In this document: piece by piece, positions 6,896 through 16,259 of the stretch
Numbering within the stretch: position 1 is the first letter of the stretch
How the letters are laid out: each line of letters begins with the position of its first letter
Source of the DNA: Thermosulfurimonas dismutans
Lineage (GTDB): Bacteria; Desulfobacterota; Thermodesulfobacteria; Thermodesulfobacteriales; Thermodesulfobacteriaceae
Length of the DNA stretch: 32,000 nt
Reading direction: 5' to 3'
Assembly: GCF_001652585.1 (NCBI RefSeq)
Contig: NZ_LWLG01000012.1
Span: 37,030 to 69,029, forward strand
Translations under genes and position numbers: made by a program
The notes under the pieces: model-generated
Database searches by the model: none
Told to the model about the DNA's origin: nothing
What the model saw: the letters and a program-made list of their open reading frames with translations, nothing else

Positions 6896-6988
6896 GGCGG
6901 CCCTCCTTCGCTTAATTCCTTAAAAAACCCGCCCCAGCCAAAAAATTAAGGGCAGCCACCCCTTAGATGGCCACCCTGGGCGAGACAC

Positions 6989-7016
6989 AAAATACCCACC
7001 TTTTCCCCTTTGTCAA
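6989..7016 (-). promoter_or_regulatory. candidate sigma-70 promoter for speH-speB
   Basis: Minus strand: TTGACA (7016-7011), 16-nt spacer, TATTTT (6994-6989). This would give a leader of about 85-90 nt. Confidence 0.35.
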
Positions 7017-7041
7017 CCCCTGGGATGTCAAAACATAAATA

Positions 7042-7050
7042 TGGTATGAT
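7042..7050 (+). promoter_or_regulatory. candidate extended -10 promoter for the fmdE-like gene
   Basis: TGG-TATGAT, about 30 nt upstream of ATG 7081. GGAGAA RBS at 7069-7074. No good -35 element. Confidence 0.35.
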
Positions 7051-7080
7051 TCTCAAAAAAACGGTCATGGAGAACCGAAA

Positions 7081-7701
7081 ATGAACATCTTTGAAGTCCC
7101 TTTTGAAAAGATCCTTGAGGAATCAGTACGTGTGCATGGACACCTCTGTGCCGGTCAGGTTCTGGGCGTAAGATTGGCCCTTTTGGGCCTACGCCTCATC
7201 GGCATTCAAGAGCCGAAAGGAAAAGATCGCAAGAAATTCCTAGTATTCGTAGAAATAGATCGCTGCGCCACAGATGCCATCCAGTCCGTAACCGGAGCCA
7301 GTCTCGGCAAGCGAAGTCTCAAATTCTGCGACTACGGCATCATGGCCGCCACTTTTCTAAATCTAGAGACCGGCAAGGCCTATCGGGTAATCGCCCGGGA
7401 GGAGGCTCGGGAACTTGCTGATCGCTATTTCCCGGAAATCGAGGACAAATATCGTCGTCAGCTTGAGGCCTACCGTGTCATGCCGGAAGAAGAACTTTTT
7501 CTGGTGCAGGAAGTAGAAGTGGAGGTTTCGGAATTCGATCTTCCGGGAAGGCCCAAAAAACGTGTAAGATGCGAGGTCTGCGGAATCCATGTCCAGGACG
7601 GACGCGAAGTAGAAAAGGAAGGCCGCATCCTTTGCCGTCCCTGTGCCGAAGGGGGGTATTTCAGAGTAAAAAGGACCTTACCTCTGGAGCAAACAGGATA
7701 A
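7081..7701 (+). CDS. FmdE-family protein with C-terminal zinc ribbon
   Basis: 'VHGHLCAGQVLGVRLALLGL' is the FmdE-domain signature. The C-terminal 'CEVCG...CRPC' is a 4-Cys ribbon. Confidence 0.75.
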   Translation: MNIFEVPFEKILEESVRVHGHLCAGQVLGVRLALLGLRLIGIQEPKGKDRKKFLVFVEIDRCATDAIQSVTGASLGKRSLKFCDYGIMAATFLNLETGKAYRVIAREEARELADRYFPEIEDKYRRQLEAYRVMPEEELFLVQEVEVEVSEFDLPGRPKKRVRCEVCGIHVQDGREVEKEGRILCRPCAEGGYFRVKRTLPLEQTG

Positions 7702-8625
7702 CTCCAGTATCAGAGCTAGGAGGCTCAACTCCGGATTGGCATAACGTTCCAAACCCTCTAAGATACGATCCGTAAAGGAAATAATTTTAATCGCCTCCGC
7801 GGGGGCAGGTTCAGGAAAGACTCTGGGGTATTCGGAAAGTCCTTTGGCTTTGAGATAGGAATACCAGAGCCAGAGTTTCAAAAGATAGATCAACTCTGGC
7901 AGATCCTTTTTGCGTTGAGCAAGCCCCTCGGCAGCCTTAAGTTTCAGAGCCGGATCGTTCATCCGGGCCACCGAGACCACCCGGTTGAGTTCCTCAAGTA
8001 GCCCCTTCTCCGCAAAGGAGAGCGCCCGCCCAAGGCTTCCCTCAGATAACAGGGCCAGCATTTGGGCCTCCTCAGGCTCTCTACCAAACCTTTCGATGAG
8101 CATCTTTGTCACCAATTCCGGGGGTAGGGCCCGGAAACGCACCACCTGTGACCGAGAAACAATGGTAGGCAAGAGGGTATCGGTGGATACTGCAGTAATA
8201 ATGAAATGAACGTAAGGGGGAGGTTCCTCCAAGGACTTTAGGAGTGCATTGGCAGCTTCAGGAGTAAGCCGTTCAGCCGAAAGAATCAAAATCACTTTGG
8301 CCGGAGCCTCAAGGGGCCTGAACCTCATAAAATTTTCGGCCTCTCGCACCTGAGAGATCTTGATATTTTCCCCCTGGGGGTCCAGGACCATAAGATCGGG
8401 ATGTACTCCCCGGGATAGTTTCTGACAGTTGGTACATTCATGACAGGGCGAAGACTCCGAACAGAAAAGATAGTTCACCAAAAGAAAGGCACAGGTCTTC
8501 TTACCAGTACCCTCCGGGCCTACCAGAAGATAAGTCTGGGCCAATTTGCCGGAGGCGAGGGCGCGTTTAAAAAGCCTTACGGCTGGCTCCTGACCAACAA
8601 CTTCTTCCCAACTCCTCGGCTTCAT
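7678..8625 (-). CDS. holB: DNA polymerase III subunit delta'
   Basis: 'WEEVVGQEPAVRLFKRAL..GKLAQTYLLVGPEGTGKKT' clamp-loader AAA+ N-terminus, a Cys cluster 'CHECTNCQK' and an 'SRSQ' (SRC-like) motif. Confidence 0.85.
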   Translation of the reverse strand: MKPRSWEEVVGQEPAVRLFKRALASGKLAQTYLLVGPEGTGKKTCAFLLVNYLFCSESSPCHECTNCQKLSRGVHPDLMVLDPQGENIKISQVREAENFMRFRPLEAPAKVILILSAERLTPEAANALLKSLEEPPPYVHFIITAVSTDTLLPTIVSRSQVVRFRALPPELVTKMLIERFGREPEEAQMLALLSEGSLGRALSFAEKGLLEELNRVVSVARMNDPALKLKAAEGLAQRKKDLPELIYLLKLWLWYSYLKAKGLSEYPRVFPEPAPAEAIKIISFTDRILEGLERYANPELSLLALILELSCLLQR

Positions 8626-9886
8626 CTCTTCCTCTTCTTATCCGGGCCCCTACAGAGGAAAGCTTTTCAGCCATCCTTTCGTAACCCCGATCCAGGTGCT
8701 CAAGCCCGTAGACCCGGCTCACACCCTCAGCCGCAAGAGCCGCTAGCACCAGGCAAGCACTAGCTCTAAGGTCCGAGGCCTCGACTTCGGCTCCTTGGAG
8801 TCTCACCGGTCCTTTTACCACGGCGGTTCGGCCGTCAACCTCGATCTCCGCCCCCATACGCCGGAGCTCAAAGACATGCTGAAAACGATTTTCAAAAAGG
8901 TTCTCCGTGATAAGGGAAACTCCTTTGGCCCGGGTCATAAGGACCATGATCTGGGCCTGAAGGTCGGTAGGAAAACCTGGATAGGGAGCAGTCACCACCT
9001 TGAGAGGGCAAATCCTTCGAGAAACCCTTACAAAGATCCGATGAGACTCCGTCTCGATCTCAAGACCAGCTTCCCGAAGCTTTTCCAGCGGGGCTTCAAG
9101 GAAAGAGACATCGGTGTCGGAGAGAACGAGTTCTCCGCCCGTAAGACCCGGAAGCACGAGATAGGTTCCAGTCTCGATACGATCCGGGATGATTCTTACT
9201 TCCGAAGGAGGAGGGGAGAGATCATCGCGACCGTAGATCACGATCCGTTCGGTCCCTAGGCCTTCGATCCTAGCCCCCATCTCCAAAAGCATTTCTCCGA
9301 GGAAGACTACTTCGGGTTCCCGGGCGGCGTTCCTGATCTCTGTGCGCCCTTTCGCTAGGGCCGCAGCCATCATCAAATTTTCGGTGGCCGTAACCGAGGG
9401 GATATCTAGGACGATTTCCGTTCCGGAAAGACCTTTTTCCGCAAAAGCCAAAATGTAACCGTGTGAAATCTCTATCCGAGCCCCCAGGCGTTCAAGCCCC
9501 CGGAGATGGAGATCAACCGGGCGTTTGCCAATGGGACACCCACCGGGAAGGGCCACCCGGGCCTTTCCAAACCGGGCCACGAGGGGCCCGAGCACCAACA
9601 CCGAGGCGCGCATAAGCCTTACAAGATCATAGGGGGCCTCAAATTCCGTCACCCCAGAAGTATCCACTAGAAGAGTTTGCCCTTCTTCCCACCACTTCGC
9701 CCCTAGATGGGAAAGAAGCTCAAGCATGGTACAAAGATCGCTCACTCTAGGGGCGTTGGTGAAACGATAGACTCCAGGGGAAAGGAGGGTAGCTGCCAGG
9801 GCCGGAAGTACGGCGTTTTTGGCCCCGCTTATCTTTATTTCGCCCGAAACTGGGAAACCGCCTTCAATCTCAAAGAAGGCCCTCAT
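8567..9886 (-). CDS. murA: UDP-N-acetylglucosamine 1-carboxyvinyltransferase
   Basis: 'ISGAKNAVLPALAATLL', active-site loop 'PGGCPIGKRPVDLH' and 'LDRGYERMAEKL'. A C-terminal tail of about 20 aa overlaps the holB start by 59 nt. Confidence 0.95.
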   Translation of the reverse strand: MRAFFEIEGGFPVSGEIKISGAKNAVLPALAATLLSPGVYRFTNAPRVSDLCTMLELLSHLGAKWWEEGQTLLVDTSGVTEFEAPYDLVRLMRASVLVLGPLVARFGKARVALPGGCPIGKRPVDLHLRGLERLGARIEISHGYILAFAEKGLSGTEIVLDIPSVTATENLMMAAALAKGRTEIRNAAREPEVVFLGEMLLEMGARIEGLGTERIVIYGRDDLSPPPSEVRIIPDRIETGTYLVLPGLTGGELVLSDTDVSFLEAPLEKLREAGLEIETESHRIFVRVSRRICPLKVVTAPYPGFPTDLQAQIMVLMTRAKGVSLITENLFENRFQHVFELRRMGAEIEVDGRTAVVKGPVRLQGAEVEASDLRASACLVLAALAAEGVSRVYGLEHLDRGYERMAEKLSSVGARIRRGRDEAEELGRSCWSGASRKAF

Positions 9887-10716
9887 TTCTCCACCACCGC
9901 CACCCGGGCTATACCCGAAAGGTCTTTTTCAAAGTAAACCTTAAGATCACATCTTCGGCAAATCTCTTCCACGGCCTCTCTCTGATCGTAACCGATTTCA
10001 AGAAAGATCTTACCCCCGGGTTTGAGATAACCAGGGCCTTTCTCAAGGGTTCTCCGAACAAAGGCCAAACCATCCCACCCCCCATAGAGAGCCTCAAGGG
10101 GTTCATGATCCAGGATTTCCCGAGAAAGACCGGAGAGATCCCTTGCGGACACATAAGGAGGATTGGATACTAAGGCCGAAAATTTAGGACCGAACCTTAG
10201 AGGGGAAAGCCAGTCGCCCCGCACAAGAAACATCCGTTCGGCCACTCCGTGGAGTTTGGCGTTCTCTAAGGCCAGTCTAAGGGCCCCCTCTTGGATGTCG
10301 ATCCCGAGCCCTTTTAGCCCAGCTCGCTCCAGGAGACAGGTAACAAGAATCACCCCGGAGCCCACTCCGAGCTCAAGCACCGGGCCCTCGGGAACTTTGG
10401 CCTTGAGGAAGGCTTCCACTAGGATCTCGGTTTCCGGTCTGGGGATGAGGACTCCGGGACGAATTTTGAATGTCCGCCCCCAGAACTCCACCTCTCCCAG
10501 CACATAGGCCAGGGGTTTGCCGGAAGCCCGTTCGGCAAGTAGTCTCCGGAATAGTCCCTCTGGGACCTCGCTATCTAAACGAAGATAAAGATCCAGAGGC
10601 CGGAGGCCAAGGAGAAAGGCCAGGATGAGACGGGTTTCGTGTTCTGCGTCCCTGGCGTCAAACCCCCGGGAGAGGAAAAACTTTTTCCCCAGGGCTAGAG
10701 CCTCGGAGACGGTCAT
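9883..10716 (-). CDS. prmC: peptide chain release factor N5-glutamine methyltransferase
   Basis: SAM motif 'VLELGVGSG' and 'VSNPPYV' (NPPY). ATGA overlap with murA, the classic prmC-murA neighbourhood. Confidence 0.9.
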   Translation of the reverse strand: MTVSEALALGKKFFLSRGFDARDAEHETRLILAFLLGLRPLDLYLRLDSEVPEGLFRRLLAERASGKPLAYVLGEVEFWGRTFKIRPGVLIPRPETEILVEAFLKAKVPEGPVLELGVGSGVILVTCLLERAGLKGLGIDIQEGALRLALENAKLHGVAERMFLVRGDWLSPLRFGPKFSALVSNPPYVSARDLSGLSREILDHEPLEALYGGWDGLAFVRRTLEKGPGYLKPGGKIFLEIGYDQREAVEEICRRCDLKVYFEKDLSGIARVAVVEK

Positions 10717-11351
10717 CAGAAAACTTTGGGACGCAGACGATTTAGAATAATCTCATATTGATCTTCTCCGGACCGGAGACGACGAATACTAGTGGCCACA
10801 TCAAACTGATTCTCCGCCATTTTGATAAAAGGCGCGAGCACCCTGAGCCTTTCCCGGTCGTGGGCCAGATAAATCTCACCTCCTGGTAGGAGATAGTGCC
10901 TAAAAAGATCGAAGAGAGGCTGAAAGAATCTACCGGCATAGACCACTTCGGCCCCAATGATGATTTCGAATTCTCCCAGGTCATCGGGCTTAAACCAGTC
11001 CAGTCTGGCAACTTTTACGGAAAGGCCATTGGCCTGCGCGGAGCGCTGGATGAGCTCCAGTGGCACCTCATCGTAGTCCGTAAGGGTGACTTCGTGTCCA
11101 AAGGCTGCAGCCACGAGGCCCGGCACCCCCAAACCGGCTCCAATCTCAAGGATCTTTTTGGGAGGGGTAAGGGTAGCCACAAAGTCCGCCAGCACGATAG
11201 CCGCCTCCCAGAGCTTGGCCCAGAAAGGAAACTCCGAAACTCTAACGCTCTCTCCCTCAAAAAAGGGGCTAAGATCCGCTGGTCTGAAGATCACAATCTC
11301 CTTGTCCCTTACGCGAAGAGGCTCTTTAACTAGGGAAAGATCTTTAATCAT
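10716..11351 (-). CDS. class I SAM-dependent methyltransferase (Methyltransf_16 / protein-lysine MTase-like)
   Basis: 'LWEAAIVLADFV......KKILEIGAGLGVPGLVAAAFGHEVTLTDY....L..I..N' followed by 'LDW', resembling the lysine-methyltransferase-like family. Confidence 0.65.
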   Translation of the reverse strand: MIKDLSLVKEPLRVRDKEIVIFRPADLSPFFEGESVRVSEFPFWAKLWEAAIVLADFVATLTPPKKILEIGAGLGVPGLVAAAFGHEVTLTDYDEVPLELIQRSAQANGLSVKVARLDWFKPDDLGEFEIIIGAEVVYAGRFFQPLFDLFRHYLLPGGEIYLAHDRERLRVLAPFIKMAENQFDVATSIRRLRSGEDQYEIILNRLRPKVF

Positions 11352-12352
11352 CTCTCCGGTCTCCTTGAGAGTTTTATCGCAATATACCGTCTTTTGCCTC
11401 TCCGCAAAATCTCGAGTTCAAGGGTCTCACCCGGTCTCTTTGAAAGGACTAAATTAAAAAGTTCTTCGGGCCGTTCCACCGGAAGTCCCGAAACTTTGAG
11501 AATAAGGTCCCCCCCTATCTGATAGATGCGGTTTCCCACAGATTTGGTAGCCCTTCCGGCCCTAAGCCCGGCCCTGGCAGCCGGACTCCTAGGATAGACT
11601 TTAGTAACCAGGAGACCCCGCCGGCTCGGGATTCCCAAAGCCCTTACCAGGGAAGCACTTATAGGTACGGTCTCCACCCCTAGCCAGGCCCAGGTCACTC
11701 GGCCCTCCTGCAAAAAACGCTCCACCGCGAGCCTAATCGTGCGTCCAGACTCCACTAAGGCTTCAAATTTTCCTACCGTTGAAGGCAGGGATACCAAAAA
11801 ACCGCAAAACTCTCCTCGGGCATTAAAAACCGGCCCCGAATAAACGGCCGGGGAGAAGACCTTGAAATAGTCCTCTCGAAGATATCCGTGAACCCTTAAA
11901 GGGCTTGGGTTTCTGACCACCCATCCCGGATAAACCTCAAGCTCCCCCCTGCGGGTTACAAGATAAACCCTCTCGCCTGGGACTGGAGTTCTCCGGGTAT
12001 AGGTGAGTTTTCTTTTCTCCCGAATCTGGTGCTCCAGTTCTAAAAAGGCCAGTTCCGTAAATTGGTCGTAGGTTTTAAATCTGGCGGACAGAGAATCTCC
12101 ATCTGGAAGGACAACCTCGATGAAAAGGGCTTCTTTAACCTCGGAATAGGGAGCCACTACATAACGCCCTCCGGGCAAAAGCAAGCCCGTAGTCGCCCCT
12201 AGGGTTTTATCGTTACGGTAGAGAGCCGTGGCTGGCACGGGTTTGGTAAGTACTGTAACTACTCTTGAAAAGTCTAGCTCCGAAGCGGCTCCAGCCGTCT
12301 TTAAAAGGCTAAGTATTAAAAAAATTACTACGCTCAGCCTAAAAGATTGCAT
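11348..12352 (-). CDS. secreted HtrA/DegP-like protein with C-terminal PDZ domain; catalytic triad apparently degenerate
   Basis: Signal peptide 'MQSFRLSVVIFLILSLLKTAGA', trypsin-fold-like body and a PDZ domain ('GLLVTKVYPRSPAARAGLRAG...GDLILKVSG'). See the finding for the triad positions. Confidence 0.6.
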   Translation of the reverse strand: MQSFRLSVVIFLILSLLKTAGAASELDFSRVVTVLTKPVPATALYRNDKTLGATTGLLLPGGRYVVAPYSEVKEALFIEVVLPDGDSLSARFKTYDQFTELAFLELEHQIREKRKLTYTRRTPVPGERVYLVTRRGELEVYPGWVVRNPSPLRVHGYLREDYFKVFSPAVYSGPVFNARGEFCGFLVSLPSTVGKFEALVESGRTIRLAVERFLQEGRVTWAWLGVETVPISASLVRALGIPSRRGLLVTKVYPRSPAARAGLRAGRATKSVGNRIYQIGGDLILKVSGLPVERPEELFNLVLSKRPGETLELEILRRGKRRYIAIKLSRRPER

Positions 12353-13109
12353 AGACCAGCATCGCCAGAAGGAGTCGATAAACGATAAACGGATAAAAAC
12401 TCCGGGTTTGGAGAAAACTCAACAGGAAGGAGATGGCCAGCCAACCAGATAGGAAAGCGGCCAGGGCCCCGGAAAACAGAGTCAAAAAAGGCAATTCGCC
12501 CTGAGATAAGATTTTGACGCCCTCAAAAAGACCCGCCCCGGTGATGATAGGCGCGGAGAGGAGGAAGGAAAAATGGGCGGCTTCGGCTCTTGAAAGCCCG
12601 AGAAGTAACCCGGCAGCCATGGTGATTCCGCTCCGGGAGGTCCCGGGAATGAGGGCCAGGGCTTGAGCCAAACCAATGACTGCGGCCCCCAACAAACCAA
12701 GCTCCCGAAGACTTTTATCCTTTCGGCCGAAAAATTCGCCAGCCAAAAGGGGTAAACTCATGAGAATCAGCATGAAGGCCACCCTTTCCGGCACTCGAAA
12801 GTGGGCCGAAACTATATCCTCAAGGAACAAGCCAGCCACAGCTCCGGGAATAGTCCCCACGCAAAGCATAAGGAATAGCAACCTTCCGAAGCCAGGTCTT
12901 CTAAAAGAGGAAATAATCATCAGCCAGTCCCTGCGGAAATAGATGAGAACCGCCATGAGGGTCCCCAAGTGAATAAAGGTATCAAAGGCCAACCCTGCTC
13001 GGACACGAAAGAAGGCCTCCGTCAAAATAAGATGCCCTGAGCTTGAGACCGGGAGAAACTCTGTCGCCCCCTGAACCAATCCCAAAAAAAATGCTTCCAC
13101 AATTTTCAT
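12339..13109 (-). CDS. uppP: undecaprenyl-diphosphate phosphatase
   Basis: 'GATEFLPVSSSGHL' and 'PGTSRSG' BacA/UppP signature motifs, in a polytopic membrane protein. Confidence 0.9.
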   Translation of the reverse strand: MKIVEAFFLGLVQGATEFLPVSSSGHLILTEAFFRVRAGLAFDTFIHLGTLMAVLIYFRRDWLMIISSFRRPGFGRLLFLMLCVGTIPGAVAGLFLEDIVSAHFRVPERVAFMLILMSLPLLAGEFFGRKDKSLRELGLLGAAVIGLAQALALIPGTSRSGITMAAGLLLGLSRAEAAHFSFLLSAPIITGAGLFEGVKILSQGELPFLTLFSGALAAFLSGWLAISFLLSFLQTRSFYPFIVYRLLLAMLVYAIF

Positions 13110-13113
13110 AAGA

Positions 13114-14052
13114 TTAAAACATGCGTTTTTTTATAAAATAAGCCACCACCGAACCTGAAAGAAAAAAGGACGCCCCCATCAATATCCAAAAGGCGTGCGG
13201 ATTGTCTTGGAGAGGCAAGCGAATATTCATACCATAGATACTTGATATCAGGGTCGGGAGAGCTAGAACAATGGCAATAGCTGTAAGGAATTTCATGACA
13301 ATATTGAGATTATTTCCGATAATGGAGGCGTAGGTATCCATGGTGTTGCCTAAAATGTCAGAATAGATCTTGGCCATCTCCATGGCCTGTCGATTCTCAA
13401 TCTGGATGTCCTCAAGCATCTCGAAGTCCTCTTCCGAGAGGCGGAGGTAGCGGCCGGACTGTATGCGAATGAGCACGACGTCATTGCCCCGAAGCGCAGT
13501 ATTGAAATAGACCAGGCTCTTCTCCAAGCTAAGAATCTTCAAGAGTTCTCGGTTTCGCATGGAGCGGTGAAGTTCGGCCTCATAGTCGTCTATAAGGCGA
13601 TCGATCAAGCGTAGATAACGCAGATACAGATTGGCTACACAATAAAAGAATAGGAAGATGAAGGTCGTGGGCCTCTCAAGGTCCACCGCAAAAGTCTTGC
13701 CGGAGAGGGCCAACACCTCTTCGAAGACCAGATTTTCCTTGAGACAGAGGGCCACAACAGCTTCATCGGTAAGGATGATACCCACCGGAATAGTCTCGTA
13801 ACGAATGATGTCGCCCTCGTGCCGAGGATCAGGCACATGAAAGATCACCAGAAGCTGTTTCTCTTCGACCTCGATCCGGGGCCTTTCCTCGGCATCGAGA
13901 GGGTATTTCAGAAAATCCGGAAGGATGCGGAGCTTGTTCTCCATATAGTGGAGTTCTTCCTCGGTGGGTGCAGTAAGGACTACTAGGGAATGGGGGCTTA
14001 TCTTTTCCGCTGGGACTAGAAAACCGTTTTCAGAACGATAAATCCTGAGCAT
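13114..14052 (-). CDS. corA: CorA-family magnesium/cobalt transporter
   Basis: C-terminal 'IYGMNI' (GMN motif) between two TM helices, with a cytoplasmic N-terminal domain. Confidence 0.85.
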   Translation of the reverse strand: MLRIYRSENGFLVPAEKISPHSLVVLTAPTEEELHYMENKLRILPDFLKYPLDAEERPRIEVEEKQLLVIFHVPDPRHEGDIIRYETIPVGIILTDEAVVALCLKENLVFEEVLALSGKTFAVDLERPTTFIFLFFYCVANLYLRYLRLIDRLIDDYEAELHRSMRNRELLKILSLEKSLVYFNTALRGNDVVLIRIQSGRYLRLSEEDFEMLEDIQIENRQAMEMAKIYSDILGNTMDTYASIIGNNLNIVMKFLTAIAIVLALPTLISSIYGMNIRLPLQDNPHAFWILMGASFFLSGSVVAYFIKKRMF

Positions 14053-14101
14053 GGCTCCTCTATCTAACCCCTTAAACGCTTTACGGTCAACCTTAGGAAG
14101 A

Positions 14102-14977
14102 TCATTCTATATTTTGCACCTGTTCGCGTATTTTTTCGATAACGGCCTTGACCTCTACTGCAAGCTGAGAGATCTCGGCCGAGGCTGCCTTGTTGGCCAG
14201 GGTATTTATCTCCCGAAACATCTCCTGACAAAGGAAGTCGAGCTTACGGCCGTGGGGGCCGGTTCCCTCTATCGCTTTTGCAAAATGTTCTCGGTGGCTC
14301 TTCAAACGGTCAAGTTCCTCGGTAAAATCCAGACGGTCGGCCAGGATGGCCGCCTCCTGATGAAGCCTTATGGGATCGAACCCCTTGTCCCCAAGGAGAC
14401 TCATAATGCGCTCTTCAAGCCGTCGGCGAGCCTCCTCAAAATGTTTTTCTTTGATGTTTTCAATCTGTAACAGGAGCTCATCCAGGGTCTTTAAGTGCTG
14501 AAAAATAACTTCCTTGAGATAGACTCCCTCCTGGTTCCTCATCTCCGAAAGTGCCGCAAGGGCTTCTGTCAGAGCCGGCTCGAATTCCTGCCACAAAGTC
14601 TCTATCTCCGGTTGGGCTTCGGCCAGGGTAAAGATTTCTTTAAGACGTAGGAGATCCCTTACCTCGATTTCTCCGGAAAGACCAAACTCAACTTTAAGCT
14701 CTCTTAAAGTCCTCAAATACTGGGCGGCTAGCGCCCGATCTACGAAAAGAAGGGCCGTCTCAGATGGGGTGCCGATCAGACGGGCCTGGAGTTCAAAGCG
14801 CCCCCGATTAAACCGGGCTTGAATTTCTCGACGGATACGTTCTTCCAGGACGTGATAGCGGCGGGGAAGGCGCAAAATGATTTCCATGAAACGATGGTTA
14901 AGGCTCTTCACCTCCACCTGGAGGCTAAAGCCCTTTCCCTGGTACTCTCCTCTACCGAAACCGGTCATACTTTTCAT
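14102..14977 (-). CDS. yicC: YicC/YloC family protein
   Basis: N-terminus 'MKSMTGFGRGE' and C-terminus 'REINTLANKA...IREQVQNIE', typical of the YicC family. GGAGGT RBS. Confidence 0.85.
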   Translation of the reverse strand: MKSMTGFGRGEYQGKGFSLQVEVKSLNHRFMEIILRLPRRYHVLEERIRREIQARFNRGRFELQARLIGTPSETALLFVDRALAAQYLRTLRELKVEFGLSGEIEVRDLLRLKEIFTLAEAQPEIETLWQEFEPALTEALAALSEMRNQEGVYLKEVIFQHLKTLDELLLQIENIKEKHFEEARRRLEERIMSLLGDKGFDPIRLHQEAAILADRLDFTEELDRLKSHREHFAKAIEGTGPHGRKLDFLCQEMFREINTLANKAASAEISQLAVEVKAVIEKIREQVQNIE

Positions 14978-15038
14978 CTCGAACCTCCGACAAAATTTGC
15001 CCTTCTATTTACTCCCCCTCTGTGTTAAATAAAAGGGC

Positions 15039-15602
15039 ATGCGGTATCTCCGCGAAAGGCGTCCTGATCCCACCAAGCTCATTGAGGAAAAAATGGCCGT
15101 AGCCGAGGAACTTTTCAATCTCTGGGGAGAAAGTCTTTTACGAGACCCAGAACTCCCAGAGCTTCTCAAGGCCTACCGCCAGGCGGTAGAAAAATCTAAC
15201 CAGGCCATGGAAGCCGCGGGTACCTTTAGGGAATGTTATCTCTGTAGCGTTGAAGAAGGCCTAGGTTGTTGCAAAATAGGTTTAGAGAACGAGTGCACGG
15301 TATTGATTTTGCTCTTGAATCGCTTACTAGGAGTAGAATTCCCAAAAGATAGGGAAGTTCCCGGAAGGTGCTTTTTTGTTGGGCCTCTAGGATGCAAGAT
15401 CTTCGCCCGCCCTATGCTCTGCCGAGACTATTTTTGCCGGAGACTTCACAAAAAGGTCCCGGAACAAGAGATGATCCACATCACCCAGATATTGAACGAT
15501 GAACTCACGCTCCTTTATCGGATCACTAGTCTCATGCGGTCCCGACTCGAGTTTTGGACCGGAGACTTCATGCAGGAATTAGATCTTACCGGCTACATTT
15601 AA
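15039..15602 (+). CDS. YkgJ-like cysteine-cluster (zinc/iron-chelating) protein
   Basis: 'CYLCSVEEGLGCC' and 'CFFVGPLGCKIFARPMLCRDYFC' resemble the CxxCxxCC ... C.IY..RP..CR..PC pattern of the YkgJ/UPF0153 family. Confidence 0.5.
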   Translation: MRYLRERRPDPTKLIEEKMAVAEELFNLWGESLLRDPELPELLKAYRQAVEKSNQAMEAAGTFRECYLCSVEEGLGCCKIGLENECTVLILLLNRLLGVEFPKDREVPGRCFFVGPLGCKIFARPMLCRDYFCRRLHKKVPEQEMIHITQILNDELTLLYRITSLMRSRLEFWTGDFMQELDLTGYI

Positions 15603-15619
15603 GAATTGGGAGGGGAATC

Positions 15620-16237
15620 ATGAAAGGACTGGTGATTTTTCTAGGGCTTATTTTCTTACTTGTCGGTTGTGCCAAAAAGGAGGTACCGGTAGGCCCCATT
15701 CCGGAAGAAGCTCCAGCTACGGAAAAGGTGCTCCCTCCGGAAGCGATCTCTCCTCAACCTGAAGAAACCGAAACAGGAAAGCTCTCGGCGATCGAAACTT
15801 CCCCCGAATTTACCGAGGAAAGCTTAGAAGAAGCCGCTCACAGGGCAGAGAAACTTCCTCCAGAGGAACGCTGGCAGATCTATGGTCGGAGCACTCCTCC
15901 CCTTAAGGCCATCTTCTTCGATTTTGACGATTACCGTATCCGTAAGGACATGATCGAAAGACTTAAAGAGAATGCCCGTTTTCTGGTGGCCCATCCGGAA
16001 TACCGGGTAGAGCTTCAGGGGAACTGTGACGAGCGCGGCGACCGGGACTATAACCTAGCCTTAGGAGAGAAGCGGGCCCTTGAGGTCAAGCGCTTTCTGG
16101 TAAACCTAGGGGTGGCGGAAGACAGGCTCTCCACCGTAAGCTTCGGTGAGGAAAGACCGCTTGCCCCCGGGCACAACGAACGTTCCTGGGCCCTCAACCG
16201 TCGGGTAGATTTAGTTATTATCAAAGAAACCTATTAA
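15620..16237 (+). CDS. pal: peptidoglycan-associated lipoprotein (OmpA-family C-terminal domain)
   Basis: I chose ATG 15620 (GGGAGGGG RBS) with lipobox 'LLVGC'. A Pro/Glu-rich linker is followed by 'IFFDFDDY.I........L..NA.FL..HP...VELQGNCDERG...YNLALGEKRA..V...L...GV...RL.TVSFGEE'. Confidence 0.85.
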   Translation: MKGLVIFLGLIFLLVGCAKKEVPVGPIPEEAPATEKVLPPEAISPQPEETETGKLSAIETSPEFTEESLEEAAHRAEKLPPEERWQIYGRSTPPLKAIFFDFDDYRIRKDMIERLKENARFLVAHPEYRVELQGNCDERGDRDYNLALGEKRALEVKRFLVNLGVAEDRLSTVSFGEERPLAPGHNERSWALNRRVDLVIIKETY

Positions 16238-16259
16238 AAATTAAATAAAGGAGGAAAAG

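Noticed and set aside
6896-7080. speH/fmdE divergent spacer, with direct repeats GCCACCC (6954 and 6970) and TGTCAA (7011 and 7026) and a G-rich run followed by T6 on the minus strand. I considered a SAM/polyamine-responsive leader or an attenuator.
   Set aside because: No stable stem precedes the U-run, and there is no recognisable riboswitch consensus. The repeats are short enough to be chance. Only tentative promoters were annotated.
12233-12248. TGGCAC-GGGTT-TGGTA, a sigma-54-like match on the + strand.
   Set aside because: The -12 element is GG, not GC. It lies inside a minus-strand gene and no + strand gene lies downstream.
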